A stretch of DNA of 20,924 nt from Candidatus Rifleibacteriota bacterium (GCA_051747585.1 JBNJGH010000062.1:1-20924); one strand, 5' to 3'. Shown: positions 5,393 through 13,790, numbered from the stretch's first letter. Notes: generated by a model from the sequence alone, not told the origin. Program-made: numbers and translations.

Positions 5393-7762
5393 ATGAAAAA
5401 TTTCAGGTCCACAAAAATTGCGATTCTTGTTTTACTTGCCTTTTTCTGGACCAACGTACTGGTTGCCGCAGGATACTTTGTTACTACTGACGAGGGGATT
5501 CGTTACGTAATAAAAGACAATAACGGAAAAGTAACCCAGGTAATCAAACCAGAATTTGATGCTCCCAGCGGCAAATATCAGGTCAAAGACAAAAACAATA
5601 AAATCATTGCCGTTCAAAATCTGCCTAATGAAGCGGCAATGCATCAGTTCAAGATTGTTACCCCTATTGAAGGCTCTACCCACTCGGTTAAAACCAAAGA
5701 TTTCATGGGGAACTCGGTACCTGTTTTAAAAGAGCTGTCAACAAAGGATCCCAGATATATTCAACTGAAACAATATATCGAAAGCAATCCCGGCCTCAGC
5801 CAAACAGTTTCAATGCAGGTCAAAGCACGAGACTTCAAAATCAGGGAATTACAATCTGAAGTTACAGCCGGAACCAAAGACCCAGAATTTGCAAAATGGC
5901 TTACAAATGACCTTAAAAAGCCTGTTTACCTTGAAGTAGGTGATTCAGGCAGTATTTATCATGATCCACGTGGTTTCGTCATTGCTGAAGACAATGCCGG
6001 TGGAGACATGGCTTATCGTGACAATTCACATGTTAACCGTCTTGTAGTACCTTCTAACAGTGAGGTTTTCAACGGTGGCATGAAAGACCCATCTGCCGCT
6101 TCGGTAATGTCACATGAAGTTGGGCACATGATCATGGATCAGCTCTACGAAAGACCCAATTATCCCAAAACAAATTACTACGGCGGACACTCCAAAAATT
6201 CAGTTACCGATGAGGGGTTTGCTATATCAGAAGGCTGGGCCGAAGCCATCGAAGCTCTGTCAACTAAAAATTATCATGGTATGGAGTCCCCCCCCTGGCG
6301 CATAAAAACCCATAAGAACATCGCTGAGAACAAATATATTTTTGAAAATATGGGTGTTACCTCAGGGCCGAACGACGGGATTTTAAAGTCGGGACAAGCC
6401 ATGATGTCAACCGAGGGCGTCAATGCTTCCTTATTTTATGATGTGCTTAACAGCAATCGAATCCAGGCGCCATACGAAAAGGTTGTAAAGGTTTTTGAAC
6501 AATCAAAGCCGCAAACTTACCGTGAATTTGTTGACAGTTATATTAACAAGTATCCAGAAGATCGCAGCCAGATGATCAAGCAATTTCTGGAGAACACCAA
6601 GTACACCACTATCGACACAACTGCTAAAGTAAAATACAAGCAAGTACACGATGCAAAACAGGCTTATATTAATGCCACCGACCCCAACAGCAAAGCTCAG
6701 CTAAAAAGTGAGTATCAAAACAAATTAACCGAATATAACCAGTGGAAAAATCAGCTATATAAAAAGGCTGTAGTAGAGGGAAAAGTAGACAGCGCACTCG
6801 ACGCAACCCGCAACCTCTCAGATGAAACCAGCTCCGAATACCGGTCGATCAGATTGAGCGAAACTCTACTCAAGTCTAAAAAAGCCCTTGGAGTTGGGCT
6901 ACAAAATGCAGCAAGTTCGATGAAGCAATCATTCAGCGCAAAGAATATGGCAATGACTGCCGGAACATCGATTGCCATGAATCTTGCCAGCCAGATGATG
7001 AACGGCAAAAAACCAAGTGTAAAAACTGCCCTCAAGTCTGTTGCTTCGCTTCAATTTGTCGGCAATGTTGTTGGGTCATCATTAGGCGCAGCAGCCGGGC
7101 AGGTTGTAACCCCTCTCATACAAACCTTTGTTCCGATACCGGTTGTCGGGACGATTGCCGGAGCTTTGATTCCAACGATGACAGCCATAGCCGGAGGTTC
7201 TTTCGGTGGCAATCTCGGTGCCGGCATGAGTTTCAAACAAGCCTTAAAAGCTCTGGATCCGGTAGCAATTGCCGGTCAATCTGTTGGTTCAGCTGTGGGT
7301 GCCATACTCGGTTCGATGATCCCAATACCGGTTGTTGGTACAATGCTGGGAAGCATAGTTGGCGGTATTGTCGGCGAAAAATTATTCAGCAGCATTGCCC
7401 GTCTTTTTGGCCGTAAAAAAGATAAAATCACGCAAACAGAAACCGAGATGCCAAAACCCGTATATTTCTCAAACTACCAGGCTGCAGATCAACTTGCGCC
7501 CCCCCAATCAATTGATACCCGGGGCGATTCTTCAAGCTCCGCCGATCCTTATGGAGTTCGCATACCAGAAAATATAGACCGAATACCTTATAATAAAATG
7601 CATCCAAATCTGCGCAAGGTTAAAGACATTTATGAAAATGCTTATAAAGCCTATGTAAAAGCGGCTTCATCAGGCAATCAAACTGAAGCGAAGAAAAAGC
7701 TGGATGAATTTTTGAAGCAAAAAGCCAGATATAAGAGAGCACTTGGCGCTTATACAAAATAG
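5393..7762 (+). CDS. Secreted zinc metalloprotease (gluzincin-like) with a C-terminal duplicated glycine-zipper/hydrophobic domain
   Basis: Signal peptide, HEVGH (aa 241-245) and downstream EGWAE (E280). The C-terminal third carries GxxxG-rich hydrophobic repeats, with PIPVVGT twice. Confidence 0.8.
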   Translation: MKNFRSTKIAILVLLAFFWTNVLVAAGYFVTTDEGIRYVIKDNNGKVTQVIKPEFDAPSGKYQVKDKNNKIIAVQNLPNEAAMHQFKIVTPIEGSTHSVKTKDFMGNSVPVLKELSTKDPRYIQLKQYIESNPGLSQTVSMQVKARDFKIRELQSEVTAGTKDPEFAKWLTNDLKKPVYLEVGDSGSIYHDPRGFVIAEDNAGGDMAYRDNSHVNRLVVPSNSEVFNGGMKDPSAASVMSHEVGHMIMDQLYERPNYPKTNYYGGHSKNSVTDEGFAISEGWAEAIEALSTKNYHGMESPPWRIKTHKNIAENKYIFENMGVTSGPNDGILKSGQAMMSTEGVNASLFYDVLNSNRIQAPYEKVVKVFEQSKPQTYREFVDSYINKYPEDRSQMIKQFLENTKYTTIDTTAKVKYKQVHDAKQAYINATDPNSKAQLKSEYQNKLTEYNQWKNQLYKKAVVEGKVDSALDATRNLSDETSSEYRSIRLSETLLKSKKALGVGLQNAASSMKQSFSAKNMAMTAGTSIAMNLASQMMNGKKPSVKTALKSVASLQFVGNVVGSSLGAAAGQVVTPLIQTFVPIPVVGTIAGALIPTMTAIAGGSFGGNLGAGMSFKQALKALDPVAIAGQSVGSAVGAILGSMIPIPVVGTMLGSIVGGIVGEKLFSSIARLFGRKKDKITQTETEMPKPVYFSNYQAADQLAPPQSIDTRGDSSSSADPYGVRIPENIDRIPYNKMHPNLRKVKDIYENAYKAYVKAASSGNQTEAKKKLDEFLKQKARYKRALGAYTK

Positions 7763-10408
7763 TTACCTGACAACCGCAAACTTGGCTTTGGCTTTAAATC
7801 GGCCTTTATCAGTATTTAAATCAACTTTGGCAAAATAAATACCGTTTGCCACCCTTCGAGCGTTTTTGCCGATCAGTCTCCATCTTGCCTGTATCCGGTC
7901 TGACTGTTTCTGGACAGCATTTAGCCGCCCGACTTCCATTCCAGACATATCAAAAATAGTTATCTTTGAATCTTTTAATATAATTGATCCATTAAATACC
8001 ATATTAAAAGTAGCTACTCTGCGACAGGGGTTGGGATAAACACGGCAATTCATCATCTTAATATTTGCAGGCGCAACCGCTACTTTACGAATTTCAGCCG
8101 AGTAATTATCTGCCTTATCAGCAAACTCAATTTTTAAATCGACAAATTCGGGCAGGAATCCCTCATACAAGACTTTAAGACTTTCACTATCCTGGTCTAA
8201 ATGAGTAAAAGGCAAGTCTTCATCGTTTGAACTAACCTTCAAAGAGTCAAAATTTATTCCCGAAATATCATCTTTAAAAACAAACTTGAATACTTGTCCA
8301 TTACCATGATTAGAAGCGGAAAATTTTACCAAAGTCGGTGGTTTTGTATCTTTAATCAGTAGATATCTTCCCGGTGATCGAAGCAAGGCAGAAGCCTTTT
8401 GCTCTGTCTGCACAGCATTGCGCCAAGTTGTAATTTTTCCTTTTTCATTTATCCGACACACACCCAGACCATTTTCTGGGTTAAACGGAAGCGAAAAAGA
8501 AAGAGTTGCACAGGCAGATTCGGGAAAAATCACATCGCATGGCCCTTCAATTATATCTCCTGACAGAGGTAGACTGGAGACAGAAGGAATCGAAAGCATG
8601 GCCCTGGGGGTTGCAGCTCTTTTATCGCTTGAAACCTGCAAAGCAAAATTATCCTGATTAAGTTTGACATTCGCTTTCCCAGCAATTGAAGCCGAAGAGA
8701 AACTGAAAGAACATGCATTCTGCCCGGTATGACAAATCGCTTTACCCTTACCGTCACCGGGAATTTGATAATTGGCAGCAAAAAGAAAACCTTTTTTATC
8801 AAGACTGTAAAAGTGGGGGCTGTCTACCAGATTATTAAAGGATATGTTCAGTGTAGGAGTAGCAGTTAAAGGATTCTTTATGGAACGAAGAAAAATAATA
8901 AGCTGATCAGGAAAAGCCGGATTTGCAACTGGATACAACAAAAGATCATCGGGGTTGGATTTAAAAGAGTAAGAATATTTTTTATTTTCTTCAAAATCTG
9001 AATTTAATACCAGTGGTAGAAGAAAAAGCCGGTCGATATTATCGAGGTCATAATTGCCGCTGAATTTTCCATTCTCATTAATGGAAGATCTTTTAAATTC
9101 GACTGTTTTATCTTTTTTCAGCAAGGCAATTGCCGGTGTCATTTCTGCATCGAATTCAAAGTTCAGGGGCAGGTTACCTTTGCCGGTAATAGAATCTATG
9201 GCTGGAGAATTTGCTGCCACCTGGCCCTCGGCTCCAATAAATGAGCCGGAATCACCCTCAAAATAATGCCTGGTTAAAGAAATTGGTAACTGGGCAGTTT
9301 CAGCCTCAGGAAAAATTTTAATTGAGTTAAAGTGCCACTCTCCTGAATTTATTGTTTTATCGTTTAAATAACAGGCAAGCACCCAGTTATTAAAGAGTTC
9401 CCGTAAGGATGATCCCTTTTCAACAAGATACTCATCAAGTCCGTCTGCTCCCGCTATTTCATATTCGACAAGAGAACGGGCAAATTTTTTACGCTCTTTA
9501 AGGCTGTTGCCAGCAAATTTTTCGATCATGTAAGTAACGAATAGAAATGAAGCGCCATATTTTCGATAAAGCAAATCTTCTTTAAACCAGCTGTTATTAG
9601 AACTACTGAAGAGGTTTACAGCCGGGCTTTCAATAAACCTTTCATAATGAGGTGAAGGCGGCAAACAGAAGCCTGATTCACCAACGTTTCCCGAATACAT
9701 AAACTCGGAAAACATACTTAACCCCTCATCAAGCCATCGCTTTTGGGCCTCCAACCCCAGGGCAAGCCGGCGAGAATAACTCACCATGTGTTGAAATTCA
9801 TGGGCAAGTGTTCTATAAAAGGAATTGTTTTTGTCTGTGGGATCACCGGGCTTACCGGGATCGGTGTCCATAAAAAACACAGGTTTCTGATTCCCGGTCA
9901 GGCCACTGATATCACGACAATCAAAATAGCCAGCCACATACCCCTCTTTAAAACCATCCTTAATATCAGTAAGAAAAATAAAGATTTTCTTATCTTTGAG
10001 CAAGAATTTTTTGGGTACAATAATTTCGCCAAACCACGAGGTTACTGTTGGGTAAACTTTGTTATCAAAGGTCTCAACAATCTGGCGAATTTTTACTTTT
10101 GTTTCATCCCCCCAGGGGTTTGGTCTGTTTTTCTCGGTGAAAATTCGGCAGTGCCTACCTTCACCCGCAAGAACAGCGGGCTTGTATTCATAAGTGCCAG
10201 ATACAAAGTTGTAAACCTGAAAGCTTTTATTAAGCGGATGTATCGCAAATGCCCTTTTGCTATTTTTATTACTTTCAAGCTCTGCATCCAGGCGTTTTTT
10301 GTCTCTGCGTAACAGATGGGTTCCGTCTTTTACAACTTGATTCTGGGCGTAAGCCGAAACAACCGAAAGAAAAAAGAAAAGATATATAAAAATTGATTTT
10401 TTTTTCAT
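7763..10408 (-). CDS. Secreted zinc metallopeptidase (M30/hyicolysin-like) with a C-terminal FlgD-Ig/Por-secretion-tail-like domain
   Basis: Signal peptide (VSAYA|Q), GYVAGYF, RTLAHEFQHMV (aa 203-207) and WLDEGLSMFSE. The C-terminus reads VYPNP...ITIFDMSGMEV...W...VANGIYFAKV. Confidence 0.82.
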   Translation of the reverse strand: MKKKSIFIYLFFFLSVVSAYAQNQVVKDGTHLLRRDKKRLDAELESNKNSKRAFAIHPLNKSFQVYNFVSGTYEYKPAVLAGEGRHCRIFTEKNRPNPWGDETKVKIRQIVETFDNKVYPTVTSWFGEIIVPKKFLLKDKKIFIFLTDIKDGFKEGYVAGYFDCRDISGLTGNQKPVFFMDTDPGKPGDPTDKNNSFYRTLAHEFQHMVSYSRRLALGLEAQKRWLDEGLSMFSEFMYSGNVGESGFCLPPSPHYERFIESPAVNLFSSSNNSWFKEDLLYRKYGASFLFVTYMIEKFAGNSLKERKKFARSLVEYEIAGADGLDEYLVEKGSSLRELFNNWVLACYLNDKTINSGEWHFNSIKIFPEAETAQLPISLTRHYFEGDSGSFIGAEGQVAANSPAIDSITGKGNLPLNFEFDAEMTPAIALLKKDKTVEFKRSSINENGKFSGNYDLDNIDRLFLLPLVLNSDFEENKKYSYSFKSNPDDLLLYPVANPAFPDQLIIFLRSIKNPLTATPTLNISFNNLVDSPHFYSLDKKGFLFAANYQIPGDGKGKAICHTGQNACSFSFSSASIAGKANVKLNQDNFALQVSSDKRAATPRAMLSIPSVSSLPLSGDIIEGPCDVIFPESACATLSFSLPFNPENGLGVCRINEKGKITTWRNAVQTEQKASALLRSPGRYLLIKDTKPPTLVKFSASNHGNGQVFKFVFKDDISGINFDSLKVSSNDEDLPFTHLDQDSESLKVLYEGFLPEFVDLKIEFADKADNYSAEIRKVAVAPANIKMMNCRVYPNPCRRVATFNMVFNGSIILKDSKITIFDMSGMEVGRLNAVQKQSDRIQARWRLIGKNARRVANGIYFAKVDLNTDKGRFKAKAKFAVVR

Positions 10409-10432
10409 TAAAGCGACTGATCGATTATATAT

Positions 10433-11824
10433 TTAGATTAATTCAAGTACTGCAAGGGTTATATCATCCTTTAAAAGCGCATTCTTATTTTCGACCATCT
10501 CTTTAATTTGTTTTACAATAATTTCAGGCTCATTGCTTTTATGTTGGGTTAAGAAATCTTTTAACTTCTTGAAGCCGTCACAATCAGGATCTTCAAGTTC
10601 AAAAAAGTCTACAAGTCCATCAGAATATAAAACAAGCTTGTCGCCAGAGTTAATCGTTACATCTCGAGTAAAAAAATCGCTATCATCATAAAGTCCCAGA
10701 AGAGTTCCGGTTGATTCAAGTTCTATAATTTCATGATTTTCGCCCTTCACTAACAAAGGGAAATCATGGCCGGCACTGGCATAACGAAATAATTTTTGTT
10801 CTACATCTATTACACCGAAGGCCGCAGTTGAATTTAAGATTGAGTTCGTTCCGAGAAATTTCTTCAATGAACGATTAACTTGCAGCAAAATATCAGAGGG
10901 TTCAGAGCAAACGGCAATTTTTTCCTGAAAAAGACACAAAACAACTGAAGTAATAAGAGCTGCAGGAACACCTTTTCCACATACGTCTCCGAGCAAAATG
11001 GTCAATTGATTTTTACTTCTGTTATAGAATTTAAGAAAATCCCCCCCGATTTCTCTGGCCGGCTGAACAAATATAGCACTGTTAATACCTTCAAATTCAG
11101 GCGGCTCAGTAGCAATAGCATTATCTTGAACCAGCTTGGCCATTTTTAATTCTTTATTTAGCCGCTTCTGGCTTTCTATAAGCTGTTCGGCTCTAAAGGT
11201 CAATTCATTATGCAGTCGGTAATTGTGCAAACTGATTGATATCTGTTCAGACAGCATATTTAGTCTTAAATAATCTGTTTCTGTTAAAGCATCGTTATCA
11301 TTATGCCTGCCAACCAGAAGACAGCCATAATAAACCGAATTTTTTTCGATTGCTGCACCGGCTAAAGCCCCGCGCAGCTCATATCTTTTGAATGCCAGCT
11401 CAAGCAGCTTTAAAGAAAATTCCATTCCCTGATCAGGGGAAACGTCGACTTGATCGAAACCTATTTCGCTGAAGCACTCAAGCTTTATCCCCACGCTTTC
11501 AGTTGCTATAAAAGAATCCTTATCGAAGTCCATAAGAAATAGAACAGCCCAGTCAAAGTCACCTGTTTGAACAACGACTTCGAGTATTTTTTTGTATGGC
11601 CGTTCATCTTTTAAAAGAAACAGCTCGTCAAAAGCATGTACTCGCTGATAAAAATCACAGAGAGTTTTAAGCTTTTTCTGGTCAACAAGATGAGCTTTGA
11701 ATGCTTTAAGCAACGCCAGCAACAGCAGAAGAGCGGCAAAAAGATTCAAATACGAAGGTTGGGCTGACCAGAAAAGAATAACAATAGCTGCCAGGCAAAC
11801 CAAAAAATATGCCGCGACTCTCAT
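10433..11824 (-). CDS. Membrane-anchored GAF + PP2C (SpoIIE/RsbU-type) serine phosphatase
   Basis: Two N-terminal TM segments, a GAF-like region and a coiled coil. Intact PP2C motifs IGGDF, GDVCGKG, SAGH, YSDGL and DDIT. Confidence 0.9.
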   Translation of the reverse strand: MRVAAYFLVCLAAIVILFWSAQPSYLNLFAALLLLLALLKAFKAHLVDQKKLKTLCDFYQRVHAFDELFLLKDERPYKKILEVVVQTGDFDWAVLFLMDFDKDSFIATESVGIKLECFSEIGFDQVDVSPDQGMEFSLKLLELAFKRYELRGALAGAAIEKNSVYYGCLLVGRHNDNDALTETDYLRLNMLSEQISISLHNYRLHNELTFRAEQLIESQKRLNKELKMAKLVQDNAIATEPPEFEGINSAIFVQPAREIGGDFLKFYNRSKNQLTILLGDVCGKGVPAALITSVVLCLFQEKIAVCSEPSDILLQVNRSLKKFLGTNSILNSTAAFGVIDVEQKLFRYASAGHDFPLLVKGENHEIIELESTGTLLGLYDDSDFFTRDVTINSGDKLVLYSDGLVDFFELEDPDCDGFKKLKDFLTQHKSNEPEIIVKQIKEMVENKNALLKDDITLAVLELI

Positions 11825-11867
11825 TTATTTACCTTTCACCTCAGACAATGTTCTTTATTGTTTATCA

Positions 11868-12491
11868 CTAATCGCGAGAACCAGACTCGCCCCATTCACT
11901 CAATGCAACATAGAGTTTTTTTGGACTCCTTGCATCAAGATAAAATCTTGGATCCTTTTCAAGATAATTTTTTAATCGCTGCCTTATTTTAAACAACATA
12001 TCTTTGGTAAATATATTTTTTAGCTCAAAACTTGCTGTTAAAGGCGAAGCAAACCTTTTCCAGACCTCAGACAAACTCTGGGGACGTCCTCTTTTTTTAA
12101 GAGTTTTATAAATTCGATCAAGCATTGCATCAAAAAGCTCGGCACCATTATAAGCGTAAAAGAATTCTACCGGCGGCAAAAAACCGAACTGAGAAATTAT
12201 CGCCTTTGCTTTTCGAAGCAACCTTTCGCCTTCATGCTGAAAGCCCGCGACCTCTGACCTTAAAATACGCATAAGCATTAGATCGATATCTTTTCTGCTT
12301 AAAGTATTGATGAGTTTTTTATCTGATGGAAAGAATTTTTGCAGTATGGGGCGCACAGTTTCGATCGATTCAGTGCTTAAAAATTGAATATTGCGACCAT
12401 AAGTTTCGGGGTTTTTGCGTTTCATATCACCCAGAATCTTTTCGAACTGCAGGATAAATTCAAATTTTGTGTCAAAAGGCATAAAGGTCAC
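11868..12491 (-). CDS. Hypothetical protein with a possible C-terminal HARE-HTH/RNAP-delta-like winged helix
   Basis: 207-aa ORF (GTG 12491, or ATG 12482). The C-terminal IYKTLKKRGRPQSLSEVW...LEKDPRF...VALSEW resembles the HARE-HTH pattern. The domain call is by eye. Confidence 0.7.
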   Translation of the reverse strand: MTFMPFDTKFEFILQFEKILGDMKRKNPETYGRNIQFLSTESIETVRPILQKFFPSDKKLINTLSRKDIDLMLMRILRSEVAGFQHEGERLLRKAKAIISQFGFLPPVEFFYAYNGAELFDAMLDRIYKTLKKRGRPQSLSEVWKRFASPLTASFELKNIFTKDMLFKIRQRLKNYLEKDPRFYLDARSPKKLYVALSEWGESGSRD

Positions 12492-12492
12492 C

Positions 12493-12542
12493 AGATAAAT
12501 AAATTATTATTTATCTTAGTGTTTCAACCCTGTTTTATGCAA
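12493..12542 (-). promoter_or_regulatory. sigma70-like promoter overlapped by a perfect 10-bp inverted repeat (candidate operator)
   Basis: TTGCAT (12542-12537)-N18-TAAGAT (12518-12513). IR AGATAAATAA-ATTA-TTATTTATCT at 12493-12516. Confidence 0.45.
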
Positions 12543-12588
12543 GCAATTTCTTTTTAATTAAGTAATTCTGCATTTGTTTAATGAAACC

Positions 12589-12769
12589 GTTTCAAGACAT
12601 TTCGATTGCTTTACTTCGACTCCGCTCAGCACAAGCGCTTCGCTCGCAATGACAGCCCCAAATTGTCATTGCGATGAGTTCTGCGAAGCTTTATGCGAAG
12701 CAGAACGAAGAAGCAATCTTTAGTATTCTAAATTTTAATATATAACAAAAAAACAAAATGTCTTGAAAC
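12589..12769. mobile_element. MITE-like non-autonomous element with 14-bp terminal inverted repeats, carrying nested REP-like palindromes
   Basis: Perfect IR GTTTCAAGACATTT (12589-12602) / AAATGTCTTGAAAC (12756-12769). Internal IR pairs GATTGCTT/AAGCAATC, TCGCAATGACA/TGTCATTGCGA and GTTCTGC/GCAGAAC. No coding capacity. Confidence 0.65.
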
Positions 12770-12802
12770 TCGCTAATATAACTAATTGGATAATTACTGT
12801 TT

Positions 12803-12961
12803 TTAATTATCGTTCTCAGTAGAACTTTCGAACTCATCAAAGTTTATGCAGGGAACGCAACCCTCGCCGGTTATCTGCAAGAATGTTTTTCTGATATATA
12901 CCAGAAATGCTATCAACGAAACAGAATAAAGACCCGTCACCCATATAATTAAAGCTTTCAT
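12803..12961 (-). CDS. 52-aa single-pass membrane microprotein with a CxxC motif (not in the ORF track)
   Basis: MKALIIWVTGLYSVSLIAFLVYIRKTFLQITGEGCVPCINFDEFESSTENDN*. Perfect SD AGGAGG 6 nt before the ATG (12973-12968), with a candidate promoter just upstream. Confidence 0.72.
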   Translation of the reverse strand: MKALIIWVTGLYSVSLIAFLVYIRKTFLQITGEGCVPCINFDEFESSTENDN

Positions 12962-12991
12962 ATTTTTCCTCCTGGAAGGATATTAAGTTTC

Positions 12992-13040
12992 TTATCGACA
13001 ACAATTTAAAACTTAGTAACCAACAAAGTTTTACCGATAG
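12992..13040. promoter_or_regulatory. Overlapping divergent sigma28-like promoters
   Basis: Minus strand: TTACT (13019-13015)-N15-GTCGATAA (12999-12992), facing the 52-aa ORF. Plus strand: TTAGT (13013-13017)-N15-ACCGATAG (13033-13040), facing ORF 13056. Confidence 0.45.
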
Positions 13041-13055
13041 ATAAGTTAAGATAAA

Positions 13056-13697
13056 ATGAAAAATATAAGGGCAACAATTCTACTCTTAACTCTTGTTATA
13101 TTGTGTTCCGGACCGCTTATGGCCGCGGAGTGCTCTGTTTGTGGTGCACAAGGTATTTCTGCCTTAAATATGTTGTGCCCTGAATGCGGAGCTCAGCTGC
13201 ACGACCCCGCCTTAAATTACAATTCGTTGAAAAAATCTACTTTAACGATACAGTTATATTATACGGGCCCCAATCCTGAACGCATGCCACCATACGGAAA
13301 GATCTACATTAACAACGAATATGTCGGAAACATACCCATGACCGAAAAGGAAATAAAAAGTGAAGATTTTTCTCAGAATTGGACCGACGGACTCGGGAAA
13401 GAATTTACCGCCAGCTATGAAAAAAATCTTCGCGATATTCCACCGGGAATGTTGGCAATAGAAATAGAAATGAAATTTGATCGCTTTTTTGGTCTGGCAA
13501 GAAGCTATAAGAGAGTCAGGTTTCCTTATGTAGGCTTTGAATCAGGCAAAAATACTCTGGTAAAACATTATTTTGACTCTCCAGTAAATTTCACCAAGTT
13601 CAAGCCCGAACCCCGAAAACCGATACCGGTAATTTCGGAAATGAAGCTACAGGGTGCCAGCGGATCGGTTGCGCTTAACATTCCTTTATTTAAATAG
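13056..13697 (+). CDS. Secreted hypothetical protein with an N-terminal zinc-ribbon-like pair of CxxC motifs and a PEGA-like segment
   Basis: Signal peptide (PLMA|AE), CSVCG...CPECG, and GKIYINNEYVGNIPM resembling a PEGA domain. Confidence 0.75.
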   Translation: MKNIRATILLLTLVILCSGPLMAAECSVCGAQGISALNMLCPECGAQLHDPALNYNSLKKSTLTIQLYYTGPNPERMPPYGKIYINNEYVGNIPMTEKEIKSEDFSQNWTDGLGKEFTASYEKNLRDIPPGMLAIEIEMKFDRFFGLARSYKRVRFPYVGFESGKNTLVKHYFDSPVNFTKFKPEPRKPIPVISEMKLQGASGSVALNIPLFK

Positions 13698-13710
13698 CAT
13701 AAGTTAAAGC

Positions 13711-13738
13711 TTAATTTTTAAGCTAAATTTACCGATAA
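13711..13738 (+). promoter_or_regulatory. sigma28-like promoter upstream of the propeller protein gene
   Basis: TTAAT-N15-ACCGATAA, overlapped by IR AGCTTAA-TTT-TTAAGCT (13708-13724). Confidence 0.5.
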
Positions 13739-13790
13739 AGGTAAACATAGAGATACATAGACAAATTCAAAAACAACGAGGCAGACGAAA

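Noticed and set aside
9743..10312. 189-aa plus-strand ORF and other short ORFs inside long genes
   Set aside because: Antisense or out-of-frame shadows of well-supported CDSs, with no motifs.
12589..12769. tRNA, riboswitch or autonomous IS
   Set aside because: No cloverleaf with a proper T-arm and acceptor stem, no riboswitch consensus I recognise, and no transposase ORF. Nested repeats explain the structure.
12803..13697. c-type cytochrome substrates for the nearby ResB/CcsA
   Set aside because: The motifs are CVPCI, CSVCG and CPECG; none is the heme-binding CxxCH.
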